This document shows, one piece after another, positions 40,501-52,189 of a stretch of 64,000 nt of DNA. The stretch is from Tetramitus jugosus (lineage: Eukaryota > Protista > Heterolobosea): contig OW569362.1 in NCBI GenBank assembly GCA_937625935.1, positions 1-64,000 of the forward strand, in the 5' to 3' direction. Both the position numbers and the translations under genes were made by a program. Each line of letters begins with the position of its first letter. Within the stretch, counting starts at the first letter, position 1. Below the pieces are notes generated by a model that saw only the letters and a list, made by a program, of their open reading frames with translations, searched no databases and was not told where the DNA came from.

Positions 40501-42321
40501 TCAAGGTTGGCTCTGAACTTCACTACTGTTGCTACTTGTGGACTCTCCTTCTAAAAGTTCAACAGTTTCCGACAGTGTTTTAAGAGATTGGGAGTTTCTT
40601 CTTCGGAGCGATTTGTGGGTCTTTGAGAGATCGTCGTTTGTAAAGTAATGATACGAGTGCCAACCAATGGTTTGAGTCAATGCAGCCCCAGCAGTCATTC
40701 CTATACCTAAACCAAATACCAATCCCAGACCGTATGTGGCTATTCCACTGCACCACAGCGAGAGAGTTACAACACTAATAGTCAATCTCAGTGCACCTGT
40801 TGCCATGTTCGTATACTTGTTCAGTTTTTCATATTTTGCAACAGACCTTTCCTGTGAGATAGATAGAGCAGATAACATGTTCAACATCATCTGTACAGTG
40901 ATTTGAGAGGAGAAGGCACCTACAAAAGGAACACAGCCCAACGCTGCATTGATCGCAGTGAATGCACATATTATTTTTGCAGCCATGACTCTCCTAAAGT
41001 GAACAATCCGAGTTAAATTATTGTCCCTGATCTGACACTCTAATCCAACATCCTGAGCAATAATATCGAGTAGTGTGTCAACTCCTAAATTGGTCGAAAA
41101 CGATTTCTGATCTTTTGTGTAAACTGCTGCAGTCCTGATGTCATCAGGGAGAGAACCAAAGAATGTTTTCTTCGAGAAGGACATTGTTTCAGAAGCTTCG
41201 CTCTCTAACTGTAATATACACTCGTTAACTCGATCTGGATCTTTTGATTTTAGATCATCCATATCCAACTCAGAGTTCTCATCCATTTTTGTGAGCACCG
41301 CCACTGTTGGACACTGAACATTTCCCATTGCCTTCATCTTTGATCTATTTACAGAGGATATTAGCTCTTTCAATCCAGAACCACTATCACGGGTGTGATA
41401 TCTCGTAAAACAAAGGAGAATAATGTCAGGAGGATGATCAATCATTGCTTGAGTCAAGTCTGCCTCAGCCGGATCTCTTTTCCAAAGAGATCGTGATTCT
41501 CCTAATCCTCTCGTGTCATAAAATGTTACGTTGCATTCTGGAAAAAAATATTCGGCAACAGTTTTCGTCTGTGGTTTGTGTGTTCCAATAGCTGCAACCC
41601 TCTTTCCAACAATGGCATTAATTAACGAGCTTTTGGCACTACCCGTCCTGCCAACAAGGAAAACTCGACATGGACGAGAGGGACTCAGATATCTATCACA
41701 GTTTCTCAATGTATCGAAAGCAGAGCAAGCCTTCTGACCGATTGTTTCACCAAACTTATTAATCAACTTTAACTCACACTCCATCACAGATAACTTAATT
41801 TTGTCTATTATTAGTTCAACATCTCTCGAATCTTGATCTAGGCTATTTTCTTTGTTCTTATCTGTAGACCAGAGAAGTTGAGTCACTAATTCCAATTCTT
41901 CCTGTGTTTCGAGGGCGACAAAGAGCAAGGAACGATGTGAAGGTTCGAGCTCCAAGTAAGGAATCATTCGTTCTAAGATTTGAATTCTTCTCTCCCTATT
42001 TGTTCCGGCTAAACGAAGCAGATTGGTCACATGTTCACACGTGACAAACCTTTCTCTGTCGGATATCTGCTCTGGATCAGTAAAGATATCAGGTTCATAT
42101 TCATATTCTTGTTCAGGGAGATCGGGGCTCATATCCTTCTCGAATTTCAGTAGGTCACTTTCATTAGAGATATAGCAAACTTCTTCCATGGCGTTCATGT
42201 GCTTGTGTTTCTTACTATCTTGCGAAAGGGTTTTGATGGGGTCGTTTTTAGCTGAAAAAAATGGCCTTGATGAGCTTAACCTGGTGCCAAGAATATCTTC
42301 TGGATGTCCAAAAGATAACAT
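40501..42321 (-). CDS. TRAFAC GTPase (MMR_HSR1/Era-like G domain) with C-terminal hydrophobic helices
   Basis: G1 GRTGSAKSS, G3 DTRG, G4 TKMD, and C-terminal Gly-rich TM-like segments. First ATG is 42321; the frame is open to at least 42384. Confidence 0.82.
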   Translation of the reverse strand: MLSFGHPEDILGTRLSSSRPFFSAKNDPIKTLSQDSKKHKHMNAMEEVCYISNESDLLKFEKDMSPDLPEQEYEYEPDIFTDPEQISDRERFVTCEHVTNLLRLAGTNRERRIQILERMIPYLELEPSHRSLLFVALETQEELELVTQLLWSTDKNKENSLDQDSRDVELIIDKIKLSVMECELKLINKFGETIGQKACSAFDTLRNCDRYLSPSRPCRVFLVGRTGSAKSSLINAIVGKRVAAIGTHKPQTKTVAEYFFPECNVTFYDTRGLGESRSLWKRDPAEADLTQAMIDHPPDIILLCFTRYHTRDSGSGLKELISSVNRSKMKAMGNVQCPTVAVLTKMDENSELDMDDLKSKDPDRVNECILQLESEASETMSFSKKTFFGSLPDDIRTAAVYTKDQKSFSTNLGVDTLLDIIAQDVGLECQIRDNNLTRIVHFRRVMAAKIICAFTAINAALGCVPFVGAFSSQITVQMMLNMLSALSISQERSVAKYEKLNKYTNMATGALRLTISVVTLSLWCSGIATYGLGLVFGLGIGMTAGAALTQTIGWHSYHYFTNDDLSKTHKSLRRRNSQSLKTLSETVELLEGESTSSNSSEVQSQP

Positions 42322-42358
42322 TGGCAATAATCGATTCCTTGACCTTAATGCCCAGTGT

Positions 42359-43516
42359 TTATTTTGCTGGAGGCGTAACAACAATCTTATTCAAGACGGT
42401 TCTTGTTGGAAACACGTTGATTGGACCCACCCAGAAATAATTTTTCTCAAGGACGTCCTGTCTTTCGTTCTTTTCAAATGTCAGGACTCTACTTCCTTGA
42501 TAATTGATCTTAAAGTTTGTAGGCTGTGGCGCGTCGTTCAACACAATGTGATAATCAGCCTGAGCAGATGTAGCTGGCTGAAAGAATGCTTGGGACATGC
42601 GCCAATCGTCTGACGGAGGCAATAAGAGATCCCTCGACTTACCGTCAGTTTCAAACATGTTCTTATACTTCGTGAATGAGAAGCAGTATTGACCAGTGAT
42701 AGTTGCTTCAGAATGAACAGTAGATGGGTCACTCTTGGACACTCTGCTCACAGTGATCTGAAGAGGTGCACGGAAGGCCATGTCCGATACACGTAGGAAA
42801 GTTATGGAACCTACGAGGTCTTCGTGTGTCATCCATGGTCCAAGCAAATAATCAATCTTGCAAGATAAGTCACACTGCTTCAATAGCTCAATAAAGTTAG
42901 AATTCACAACAGATGTTGTTTCACCAGTCTTCAAATTGACCCACTGCACTGTATACTTGGTTTCAAGATTCTTCTCATTGTCATTCGTCACCTCTGGAAA
43001 AAGTTCTTGCTCAATTTTTCGTAGAGCTACACGATTACTTCTCAAATCTCTCACTGCCCTCAGCACATGAGAACAGAAAACAGAAGGCATCTGCTTTTCT
43101 AACTCAGGTTCCCATTCACGCAAATCTTGCTCAGCTACCACAATGCGTTTCGAGCTGAGGTACACTGAAAATGTCAGACTTGACACTAGCAATACAAGCC
43201 AAGGAATGTCGCGCCCACGAATAATTTTTCTTTTTTCACTTTTTGGTTTCTCCTTTTCACTGCGGTCATCTTGCTGTTCCTCAAATCGCTGGTCTTGAGG
43301 TTTTTCATTCATGTAAACCTCCTCCATTCTTCTTGAGTGAGATGACGGTTCATCTCTCAGTATGAAATCATCAATACCTTGTGGCCTTTTATATTGCATC
43401 GAATAAGGAGTCGATTGAAAAGTGGCATGTTTAGAGAATGCAATCAAGTTGTTGTGTTTCAACAGAATGCATCGTCGATTGGAAGTTGCAAGGACAAGTT
43501 TCAGTGTTTTGATCAT
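42359..43516 (-). CDS. Hypothetical single-TM protein, possibly mitochondrial
   Basis: 385-aa ATG ORF with a basic, acid-free N-terminus and a TM segment IPWLVLLVSSLTFSVYL. Confidence 0.7.
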   Translation of the reverse strand: MIKTLKLVLATSNRRCILLKHNNLIAFSKHATFQSTPYSMQYKRPQGIDDFILRDEPSSHSRRMEEVYMNEKPQDQRFEEQQDDRSEKEKPKSEKRKIIRGRDIPWLVLLVSSLTFSVYLSSKRIVVAEQDLREWEPELEKQMPSVFCSHVLRAVRDLRSNRVALRKIEQELFPEVTNDNEKNLETKYTVQWVNLKTGETTSVVNSNFIELLKQCDLSCKIDYLLGPWMTHEDLVGSITFLRVSDMAFRAPLQITVSRVSKSDPSTVHSEATITGQYCFSFTKYKNMFETDGKSRDLLLPPSDDWRMSQAFFQPATSAQADYHIVLNDAPQPTNFKINYQGSRVLTFEKNERQDVLEKNYFWVGPINVFPTRTVLNKIVVTPPAK

Positions 43517-43562
43517 TTTTTTAGGGTTACTTATTTGGCGGGAAGGAAAAGAACTCTAAAAA

Positions 43563-44135
43563 ATGCAGAGAGATAATGTTGTTTCGCTCAATTCTCTCAA
43601 GAGAGTCAAAAAGATGGTTTTGGTCATTGAAGATCGAACAGTTGCTTTATTGTTTCACAATAACCAAGTGTACTGCATTGATGAATTTTGTTATCATCAT
43701 GGTGGTCCTCTGAGTCATGGAGATATTGAAGATGTGCATGAACACTCTTGTATTGTTTGTCCATGGCATCACTACAAGATATCGTTGAATAGTGGCGAGG
43801 GTCTTTATCTGGGATTGGACGGTAAACCGAGAACAAAGGGCATAAAGCAACGAGTTCATCAAGTAATTGTGGATGAGTCGAATGATACCGTGCAAGTCGT
43901 ATTGAACAAGGATGAAACAGTGATTGAATCGGATCGTTATGTAGGATTGAACTGTAAGAGTGAGAGGCAACAGAAGCAACCATCCGAAGTAGTCAATTTG
44001 AGAGAGCTGAAAAGAGCGAGAGCATTGAAGAGGGAGCAAGAAGGTGCAATGCTTGAGAAGAAGGAGATTGACAAAACGATCAATCCACATAACCCAAAGA
44101 GTGAATCCAATGCTTCCAATAGTCGATTTTATTGA
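43563..44135 (+). CDS. Rieske [2Fe-2S] ferredoxin-like protein (RFESD-like)
   Basis: CYHHGGPL and CPWH. Confidence 0.92.
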   Translation: MQRDNVVSLNSLKRVKKMVLVIEDRTVALLFHNNQVYCIDEFCYHHGGPLSHGDIEDVHEHSCIVCPWHHYKISLNSGEGLYLGLDGKPRTKGIKQRVHQVIVDESNDTVQVVLNKDETVIESDRYVGLNCKSERQQKQPSEVVNLRELKRARALKREQEGAMLEKKEIDKTINPHNPKSESNASNSRFY

Positions 44136-44145
44136 CGGGTTAATT

Positions 44146-45477
44146 TCAATTCCTCGTCGGACGTATCACTGCTAACGAGGTCATTAACGATATGTGATCG
44201 CTTGACAAAGTCTCATTAGGTAGAGCCGTTTCGCTCTTTAACAGAGACTCCTCGGGTAGAGCCAGAATCTTGCGAGGTACTAGGTGGACGGCTTGTTGCT
44301 CATTTGGCTGTTCGACAAATATGTAATCCAATGTTTCTTGAAAACCTTGGACATAGTTTGTGTGACTAGGTTCATGTTCACCTCCAGTAACAACACCATA
44401 CCGCGTAGTACTCTCTAAATACGAAATTGTATCCCCTTCAACATGTTTCATATAGCTACCATAGGCAGAGTGGAAGAGTGGAAGGTTTTGTGAAATCGTC
44501 TTGTTCAATATAGACTCAACGTGTCTTAACCTAGTTTCTCTCTCTTCCACAATTAATTCATGCTCGTACTTGCTCCTACTTGAACATTCATTCAATATCG
44601 TTTCATTGAAGCGTTCGACGATACACTCAGGTATAGGGTATTTGATCATTTTGTAGACATGTAGAGCTTCAGATCTGAGAATGGGATCTCTTGATACTAC
44701 TTTCCTCGTATGACAAGTCAAGTAAGTGTACAAGGGGTTGTGTGGCACATCGTTCAGATCGCCTGCAAGTATCACAGGAGGAGATTGACCATATTGTTCC
44801 GATAATCGATCTCTCAGCTGGTTAATGCGCGTCAAAAGAACATGTATCTGTCTGAGACGCGTGTATTTAAAGTCTGGTCGCCAAGAAACATGAGTATTCG
44901 CCACAATAACCATGTATCCATGCTCTCGATGTCGCAAGCATACTACTTGTCCACAATTGGCAATCCATTTTAGCTCTAATCGCTCAAAAAGACCCATCTT
45001 GTGTTCAAATTGATTATTCGACTCCTCGTTAACCTCTTCCTGATACTCTACCATTTCATATTCAATCATCTCAAACTCACTCTCCTTGAATGCAATGACA
45101 TTGCCATATTGTGACACATCGCCCTCCCCATCACTAACCATCTTCTTCGGCTTCATGTACACATGGCCGTATCCTATCTTTGACAAGGTTTCAACCCAGT
45201 AATCCTCATAAAAATCAACTTCTTGAAGACACATGACTGACGCGTCTCGAAACTTGATCTCGGCCAATAAGTTTTGTCTTCGATAGTTCCAACGACAAGA
45301 TTTCTTTGTGCAGTAATTGAATTTTGTCCTTCGATTGATCAATGTCTGAGCGAGTACATTGTATTGCATCACCGTGAATTCACCAATCGTTTCTTGTTCT
45401 TCATGTTTGTTGTCATTGTGTTCAAGTGTGATCCAGTTACGTTGAAATGCACTTGTTTGGTTATTGTTTTCCGTCAT
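44146..45477 (-). CDS. CCR4/nocturnin/angel-family EEP nuclease or phosphatase
   Basis: YNVLAQ, CLQEVD, NTH, GDLN, TLDYIF and SDH. Confidence 0.93.
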   Translation of the reverse strand: MTENNNQTSAFQRNWITLEHNDNKHEEQETIGEFTVMQYNVLAQTLINRRTKFNYCTKKSCRWNYRRQNLLAEIKFRDASVMCLQEVDFYEDYWVETLSKIGYGHVYMKPKKMVSDGEGDVSQYGNVIAFKESEFEMIEYEMVEYQEEVNEESNNQFEHKMGLFERLELKWIANCGQVVCLRHREHGYMVIVANTHVSWRPDFKYTRLRQIHVLLTRINQLRDRLSEQYGQSPPVILAGDLNDVPHNPLYTYLTCHTRKVVSRDPILRSEALHVYKMIKYPIPECIVERFNETILNECSSRSKYEHELIVEERETRLRHVESILNKTISQNLPLFHSAYGSYMKHVEGDTISYLESTTRYGVVTGGEHEPSHTNYVQGFQETLDYIFVEQPNEQQAVHLVPRKILALPEESLLKSETALPNETLSSDHISLMTSLAVIRPTRN

Positions 45478-45750
45478 TTTCCTTGTTATTTGTTATTGTT
45501 GCTTTGTTTTCTTTACTGTTGGCTTGAGTAAAGAGTGTGAATGTCCAGGAATTCTTTGTTTTGAATGCCTCGGGAAGTCATCAATGTGGAACTCGAATTC
45601 GAAATGCACAGTTTTTTACCGATCACGGAGTAATTCATTTCTATCACGCGGCAACTGGACTCCAAATCGGAAAAAATTCTAGATGGAACACGAACGAGAA
45701 AAAAAACAAACACCCATTCATCCAACCGTATATACCTACATAAAACAAAC

Positions 45751-47358
45751 ATGGCTCCATCAATGGTCAAATTGGGCCACCAACCAAACGCATACAGACC
45801 GTTTGAAGTACCTGTGATTTATCAAGAAAATCGTATAGAAAACATGAAGCAAATGTTGGACGCACTTCAACACTTGGAAAACGTGTCAAACGCCGTGTTC
45901 AATCGCATTAGTCATCAAGTTGAACAACACAAATCCAATTTAGCAAGTGTACAACAACGAACACAACAAGCATCCTCTCGTGTCTCCTCACTCATTGGTC
46001 GCAATCAAGCCACTAGTGTTTTTTCTCCGCCTACTTATCCATCCTTGTCAGCAGGTGGTGTTGAGAATCAAAAGTTGGATCATAAGCCATTGTTTGACAG
46101 TACTAATGTGATTAGAGTAGATCCTGTGTATCACAAGTTGAACCCTGGTGTGTCTTCACTGAGAAACGTATGTCGTTGTAGTTTTTTTTGGCGGCTTTTT
46201 TTTTCTCTTCAAGTTGGGCTACAGTAGCGAAAGCTTACACCATCCCGTATGTTTTTTTTTGCTTCAATGTAGTACAAATTGGTGAATCCAATTAGTCTCT
46301 ATGAGACATCTGCTGCCAGAAAAATTTCAGAGAAGAATATGCAGGAAGCAGTGTCTACGGCTGAAAATCGTGTCAAGCCTGAAGGATTGGGACCCATGCC
46401 AAGCTCAATCAAGAGTATCTCTGGTCTGTTGTTGTTTAACACTGGTGAGTACGTGTACAAGAATTATCCATTGAATATTGATCCATTGTTGGGTGTCGAG
46501 AGCGGTGAGGGTGATCAGGACAAGGAAGGATTGATTGATGCACCACCTGATTCACTCGTTTCAGAGAATCACGGAATGGATGATCAATTGAATCAACCCA
46601 TTTCCTTCCAACCAAAGATGAGGGACATGCCAGAGCTTCAATTGCCAACATCACTCGATTTGCCAAACATTATTGATGTGCCATGGGAGTTGAACCTTGA
46701 TTCACTCGCATCGATTGCACCAAGTTCATTGCCTAGTCTAGCTGAGGCAACTGGATCTTCGACTGGTCCTACAACTGCTCCACCCGCTCCTTCATTGGAT
46801 GGTTCTGTTCCTCCTCCACCTGGTCCACCGCCAATGACCTCGTCCGGTGGTCCTCCGCCTCCTCCACCACCAGGCCCACCTCCTCCAATCTCATCGGGTG
46901 GACCACCTCCACCACCAGGTCCACCTCCACCCCTACCAAACGGAGCACCACTTGCGCCTCCAGCACCAAAGTCGGGTGGTGATGATGATGATGGTGATCG
47001 TGGAGATTTCCTGGCTTCCATCCGTAACTTCTCCAAGAACAAGTTGTCATCCTCCAAGACAAAGCGCAAGCAAAAGGAAGTCAAGAAACCTGTTGCCTCT
47101 GGTGGAGATATGCTGGCAGATTTGTTCAGAAAGATTGATACGAGAAGAAAAGCTATTGATGGATCTGGAGGTGATGACAGAAAGAAGAAGAGAAGAGACA
47201 AGGGCGCATCTGATGATGAATCAGAGAAGGAGATTCCTCCACCCAAGATTGCGACACCAACTGTGCAGCCAGAGCCAACTCTATTGCAAGCAAGTATTGA
47301 AAAGTTTGTGAAAGAAGAAGATGATGAGAGCACTGGCTCTTCATGGGACAGCGATTAA
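45751..47358 (+). CDS. WASHC1: WASH complex subunit 1; two exons (45751-46167, 46273-47358)
   Basis: WAHD N-terminus, EGLGPMP..SISGLLLFNTGE, polyproline, WH2 (RGDFLASIR), C (GGDMLADLF..RRKAI) and acidic tail with Trp. A phase-0 GTATGT...TAG intron at 46168-46272 restores the frame. Confidence 0.93.
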
Positions 47359-47445
47359 TTTATCAAAGATTGAAAGATTTTATTGTACATAATGATAAAT
47401 ACTCTTTCACCTTCAAAACCTGAATCACCAACTCAACTGGTTGCC

Positions 47446-47733
47446 TCACCATGCTTCCTTCCCGAGTTTTGTCCTCTTGTATGGTACACGGCGAGGAAAC
47501 TTGGATGGAATATTGAGTGGAGGGACAACAAGTCTTTGACCTACGTCTTCAAGGCTATGGCCTCGGCAACAAGAGGAGGAGGAACGGCTGTCACTCAATG
47601 CTCTTCCAGAGAAGAAACGTTGGCGGTGCACACGTTTGGTACGAGGAGATCTTGCAGCCTGAACATTAGACATTGGAATCCAAATGGTCAAAACGAGAAC
47701 CAACAACAAAGAAAGGAATAAAACCTTGTTCAT
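47446..47733 (-). CDS. Small secreted basic protein (95 aa)
   Basis: ATG at 47733; signal peptide MNKVLFLSLLLVLVLTIWIPMSNVQA; Arg/Lys-rich mature part. Confidence 0.5.
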   Translation of the reverse strand: MNKVLFLSLLLVLVLTIWIPMSNVQAARSPRTKRVHRQRFFSGRALSDSRSSSSCCRGHSLEDVGQRLVVPPLNIPSKFPRRVPYKRTKLGKEAW

Positions 47734-47842
47734 CTTCAATAATTTTTCTGTGGGATACTTTTTCTCAGCAGATCCAGCTTCGAAGCTCCTCAACAGACCG
47801 ATCCCAAAAACTCCAAAATAATACAAAAAACAACACAACAAC

Positions 47843-49300
47843 ATGGGTCAACAGAGTTCATACTATCAAGACGCATATGATGAAAATAATGATCATGCTT
47901 CTACACCTCCAACCATTATCATCAACAACAATCAACATCCTTCAACAACAACAACAAGACGAAGAAATCATCATCAACTACAACAACAAGATGCATCGCG
48001 ATCATCATCATCATCACCTTATAGTCATCCCTATTTTTTAATGTTTGGAGGTCCAACTGTCGAACCAAATTACATGGATCCACTGATATTGTTACAACAG
48101 GTAAGGTTATGTTCATTGTCAATATTCATCATCATACACATGTGCTAATTTAATTAATTATCATTAATAATCAATATATTGTTGTTGTTCAAAAAGATGA
48201 GAACGTTTGATCCAACAACCAATAATATGAATGCTTTTGGTGTAACAACAGCAACTTCACAACAACATTTGAGACAACAACGGAATATGCCAGAGTTTAG
48301 ACCAACAGAAACTTTAAAAAATGATATGAATTGTTTGAAGAGATCAGTCAAATTAATTCCATTTTTACAATGGGAACAACAACAACAACAACAACAACAA
48401 TATCATGATGTTGATGATGCGACGAGAAAAGTACCAACAACAATGATTGATTATCATAGTGAAACGAGATATGTGTTACAATTCGAGTTGGATACAAGTG
48501 TACAGTGCGATGTCATTGTTCATTGGAATGCAGTGGAGAGACGTGATGCGAATTTTGATTTTTTGAAGATACGGTCACATCAACAACAACATCAACAACA
48601 ACAAGTTGACAATCGTTCATCCACATTGAGAATGCAACGATTCAATCCAGGAACATCTCAAATTTATCAGTCACCAATTGATGGTTTAATTGATTTTTCT
48701 AATGTTTCCGAGGAGGATTTACATTATGATGATAGAGTCGATCCGTTCAAATATCCGTTGATTATTGAAGTACGATCAACAACATTGATGACGAACAACA
48801 ATAACAATAATAGTAGAAGTGAAGAAGAAAATGATGGTAATGAAGATCATTGTTTGACAGTGTCGGAGAAGGCTTCCAAATTGAGTTATCAATTTACGTA
48901 TGCTACAATTACGCAGAACAGTGATGGAGTGTACAGTGTAAAAGTATTAAAGCAAAAAATTCAAGTGGATGGAAAGGTGTATGAACTAGCAGAGATTTAT
49001 GGATTCATGGATGGATTGAATGATGGGGATCGAGCAACAGCAACTACGAGTCCAAGCATTATGGGAGGAGGAGAGCATGTTGTAAATATGGGAGACGATG
49101 GAGCAAACGATGACGCCTTGTGTGTGATTTGTATGACTGATGTGGCAGATACTTCACTGATTCCTTGTCGGCACATGTGTTTGTGTTATGACTGTTCTCA
49201 CACACTTCGGACGCAGACGAACAAGTGTCCAATATGTCGTTCCAAAATTCTAAGTATGATTCAAATTCCACAAGCTAGTAGCTCAATAAATGATGAGTAG
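47843..49300 (+). CDS. MGRN1/RNF157/LOG2-family RING E3 ligase; two exons (47843-48100, 48197-49300)
   Basis: Myristoylation-type start MGQQSS, LKNDMNCLKRSVK, YPLII, KVLKQKIQVDGKVYELAEIYG, and a C3HC5 RING CVIC..PCRHMCLCYDC..CPICR. A phase-0 GTAAGG...AAG intron (48101-48196) has a TGCTAAT branch-like site. Confidence 0.9.
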
Positions 49301-49327
49301 TAGCATTCAGTGCTCATAACAACCCAT

Positions 49328-50728
49328 TTATTCGGTCGTGGTGGTGATCCATAGCTTCGATTGTTCAAGAGGATGGGTTCTCATCTGGTTGATCTTATCG
49401 CTTGAATACAATTGGGTATACTCACTCAGAATCTTGGCTTGTTCTGCACTGAAGTGTTGAAGCTGATTGTGTGATAAACTGTTGACTACGTGCTCCAAAT
49501 AATCACAGTGAAAATTCTTGTTGTCAATGGAGAATGCATAATTCAATATCCCTCCTCCAATATGAATTCCTTGGAAGGTGAGGACTTCGGGAAAGGGTGT
49601 CATACACTTCTCAAAAATAGGGCTTTCCAGTACCACAGTTGCGGATCCCGAACTTCCAGGACTTGTGCCACACGTGTGATTGTATGTTTCGCCAAGGTGA
49701 TCTACCACTTGCCCCAAGGATACTGATCGATAATCTGCTCCGAGAAGAAAGTTGACCCTTTTTGCGGAATATGTCGCTTTGAATTGTTTGTTCAATTCGT
49801 TGATGTAATTCTTGGTTACAGGTGCTGGATATCCTATAACTAGATGATCATAGCCATCAATTGCATTTTCTGCAATCAATACCTTCTCTTCGGTGTTTAT
49901 GACAGCTGATATCGGTTTAGGGATGAGGAAGTTGGGAAATTGATCGTCTGATGCGATCTCTCTCGCAATTAGAAAAGCGTAGTCATCAGCACTAGCGACC
50001 TGAGCCATTCTATCGATATTTCCATCTTTTAACACATTGCAAAACACCCTAGGCTCATCCAGTTCTCTGTTATCAACATGGCAAGCGATTATTTCAGTTA
50101 ATTTGTAGACTTTGTTGTTATTCTTGATAAAGGGCACAATATTATGAGCACAAGTCACCAGTATCAATTTGTCACCCATTCCATAGTATGGCGTGACTTG
50201 AAAAGCACTGGCTGTAAAACTAATTTGCTTCTTGGAACTGCTGAATACTCCCTCATACTCGAATGGAGGGACCATATAGTACGACTGACGCTGAAATTCC
50301 CAGTCATGATACTCTCCAGACTCATGAAGTACCACCAGATCATTGCATTCACCTGAAAACTCATAGATCATGTGCACTACCCATGATGCTTCCATAGCTT
50401 TCTCCAATGGTTCCACCCAGTTGACAGGTACTCTCTTACCAGAAGTGAATCCATGTTTGTGGCCAGCATACACCTTGAGAACCTTTGAATTGGAGAGTGA
50501 AGTGACCTTTGAGGGATATCTTGGTATCTTGTCATGAGTATTCACCACACCGCGTGTTCTAACTTGGTTTTCCTCTTCATCGTTGTAAAAGAGAAATGCA
50601 TCACCGTAGCTTTTTACATGATCATCCAGAGCAACGTCTGAGTGAGAATGGAAATGTCTCACGATCGTCTGGGATATTCCATCTCGTGGATAGAGCTGTC
50701 GTACGAGTGCTTGTAGATGATTTCTCAT
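49328..50728 (-). CDS. Trypsin-like serine protease domain protein with an N-terminal RCC1-like fragment
   Basis: VTCAHNI (His), DDYAFL (Asp), TSPGSSGS (Ser) and GIHIGG. N-terminal PSKVTSLSNSKVLKVYAGHKH. Confidence 0.75.
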   Translation of the reverse strand: MRNHLQALVRQLYPRDGISQTIVRHFHSHSDVALDDHVKSYGDAFLFYNDEEENQVRTRGVVNTHDKIPRYPSKVTSLSNSKVLKVYAGHKHGFTSGKRVPVNWVEPLEKAMEASWVVHMIYEFSGECNDLVVLHESGEYHDWEFQRQSYYMVPPFEYEGVFSSSKKQISFTASAFQVTPYYGMGDKLILVTCAHNIVPFIKNNNKVYKLTEIIACHVDNRELDEPRVFCNVLKDGNIDRMAQVASADDYAFLIAREIASDDQFPNFLIPKPISAVINTEEKVLIAENAIDGYDHLVIGYPAPVTKNYINELNKQFKATYSAKRVNFLLGADYRSVSLGQVVDHLGETYNHTCGTSPGSSGSATVVLESPIFEKCMTPFPEVLTFQGIHIGGGILNYAFSIDNKNFHCDYLEHVVNSLSHNQLQHFSAEQAKILSEYTQLYSSDKINQMRTHPLEQSKLWITTTTE

Positions 50729-50842
50729 TCCTTGTTATTGTGAAAGCTTTTTCGCAATGTATGTGGTGTTGAAGGTAGTTTTTGGTTTTCAATACAAAAA
50801 AAAGTTTGGCCAAAATCGAAAAAGTTAAAAATCAAAATTTGT

Positions 50843-52189
50843 TTGTCAACAATGTTGCAGGATTTGGATGTAGCAGTGTTAGAGACGGAGCGAAGTATTT
50901 TTCTGAAACTGTGCAGCCCTCCAGAAAGCTGTACGAGGACCTTGAAGGAAACACATCAGATTATTTGGAAACACTGGCATTGTAGCAACTCAAATAGAAG
51001 GGTCAAACAAATACAGATCCACTCTTTGTCAGATGTACATGTCAGGCAAAGAAGAGAGCTGCAGATGTTGTAGAAATGCAAAAAAGAATATAGATCAAGG
51101 TGCTCCACATTCACGTAGAGCTCAAGAGATTTTATCTGCTTTGAAAGTACATGCTAGCGAAACGGGATGTAACGAATACATCATTTCATTTGATGGTATA
51201 ATTGTCATACCTCGATGCAAGTACTATGAGGGGTTGCATTGTGTCCTAGGAGGTTCTGGGGCTATCAGTCCAGAAGAATATGTTGCTAAGTCTAAAGAAG
51301 AGCTTGACAGTGATCTGGGAAACGAAATATTGCAGTTAATGTTGCAGAGTTTAGATGAAAAGGTAACTATTCGGGTTGGTCACTGGGTGAAGCCGGATAA
51401 GGCAGATGGACTGAAGTTTATCATATCCAAGTTAAAGTCAATAAGAGTATCTGAATGGTATTGGAGGGGAAACGAGCTAAGAAGGCTGTTAGAACAGGTA
51501 GCATCCAACACCGTAACCTATTCTCAACGAATACAATTGAATTACTAGAAGCGAAGATTAGGCTGTTACAGAAGAGTAATTATACAACAAATGAACATAT
51601 CAAACAGCAACAGAAAGAGATTGACCAAATATTTACTGACTATGTTGAAATTAATGAAATGGACCCTACGGTAATATAGAAGAAGAAAGATTTATTCATG
51701 AAACTGTGCAAATGTCTTAGGCAAGATGAAGAATATCCATTCTTCTTTCTTATATATTGGAATCAGCTTGATAGCTTTCTCAAATCGACACCATTTCAAC
51801 ACAGATATAGTGATGAAGTTAAACACTTTTGGAAACACTTCAGACATAATGCTGGGAATAAGGCAATTGATATTTTGAGAGGAGTGCATTGTGAAGATGG
51901 CAATCTGCGATATAACATGTATGTTCCAAGTAATTCAACTTTAGATAAGATTGAAGATATTGGTTCTTATGAAGATATTGGACCCTATGGACAGCCAAAC
52001 AGCGAGCGTATCAAAGATTGGAATTTCTCGCCAACATTAGTCGTGAAACTCTCTTCAATAACCAGCAAACACGTTTGTCTTACATCGACCCAAATCAATT
52101 ATTTGCATTCGAGTAATACAAAATGCCAATTTAAAAAATATAGGAAGAACCGATCATCTCGCAGTATACTCCAACTTAATGTCATCTAA
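50843..52189 (+). pseudogene. Fragmented unknown gene(s)
   Basis: A chain of overlapping or adjacent short + strand ORFs (51033-51548, 51455-51679, 51698-52189) with protein-like composition. Confidence 0.45.

Noticed and set aside
46638-47333. Long antisense ORFs (Gly-rich here and at 38969-39298; also 34496-34972 and 23343-23876)
   Set aside because: They are shadows of low-complexity or ordinary coding sequence on the opposite strand.
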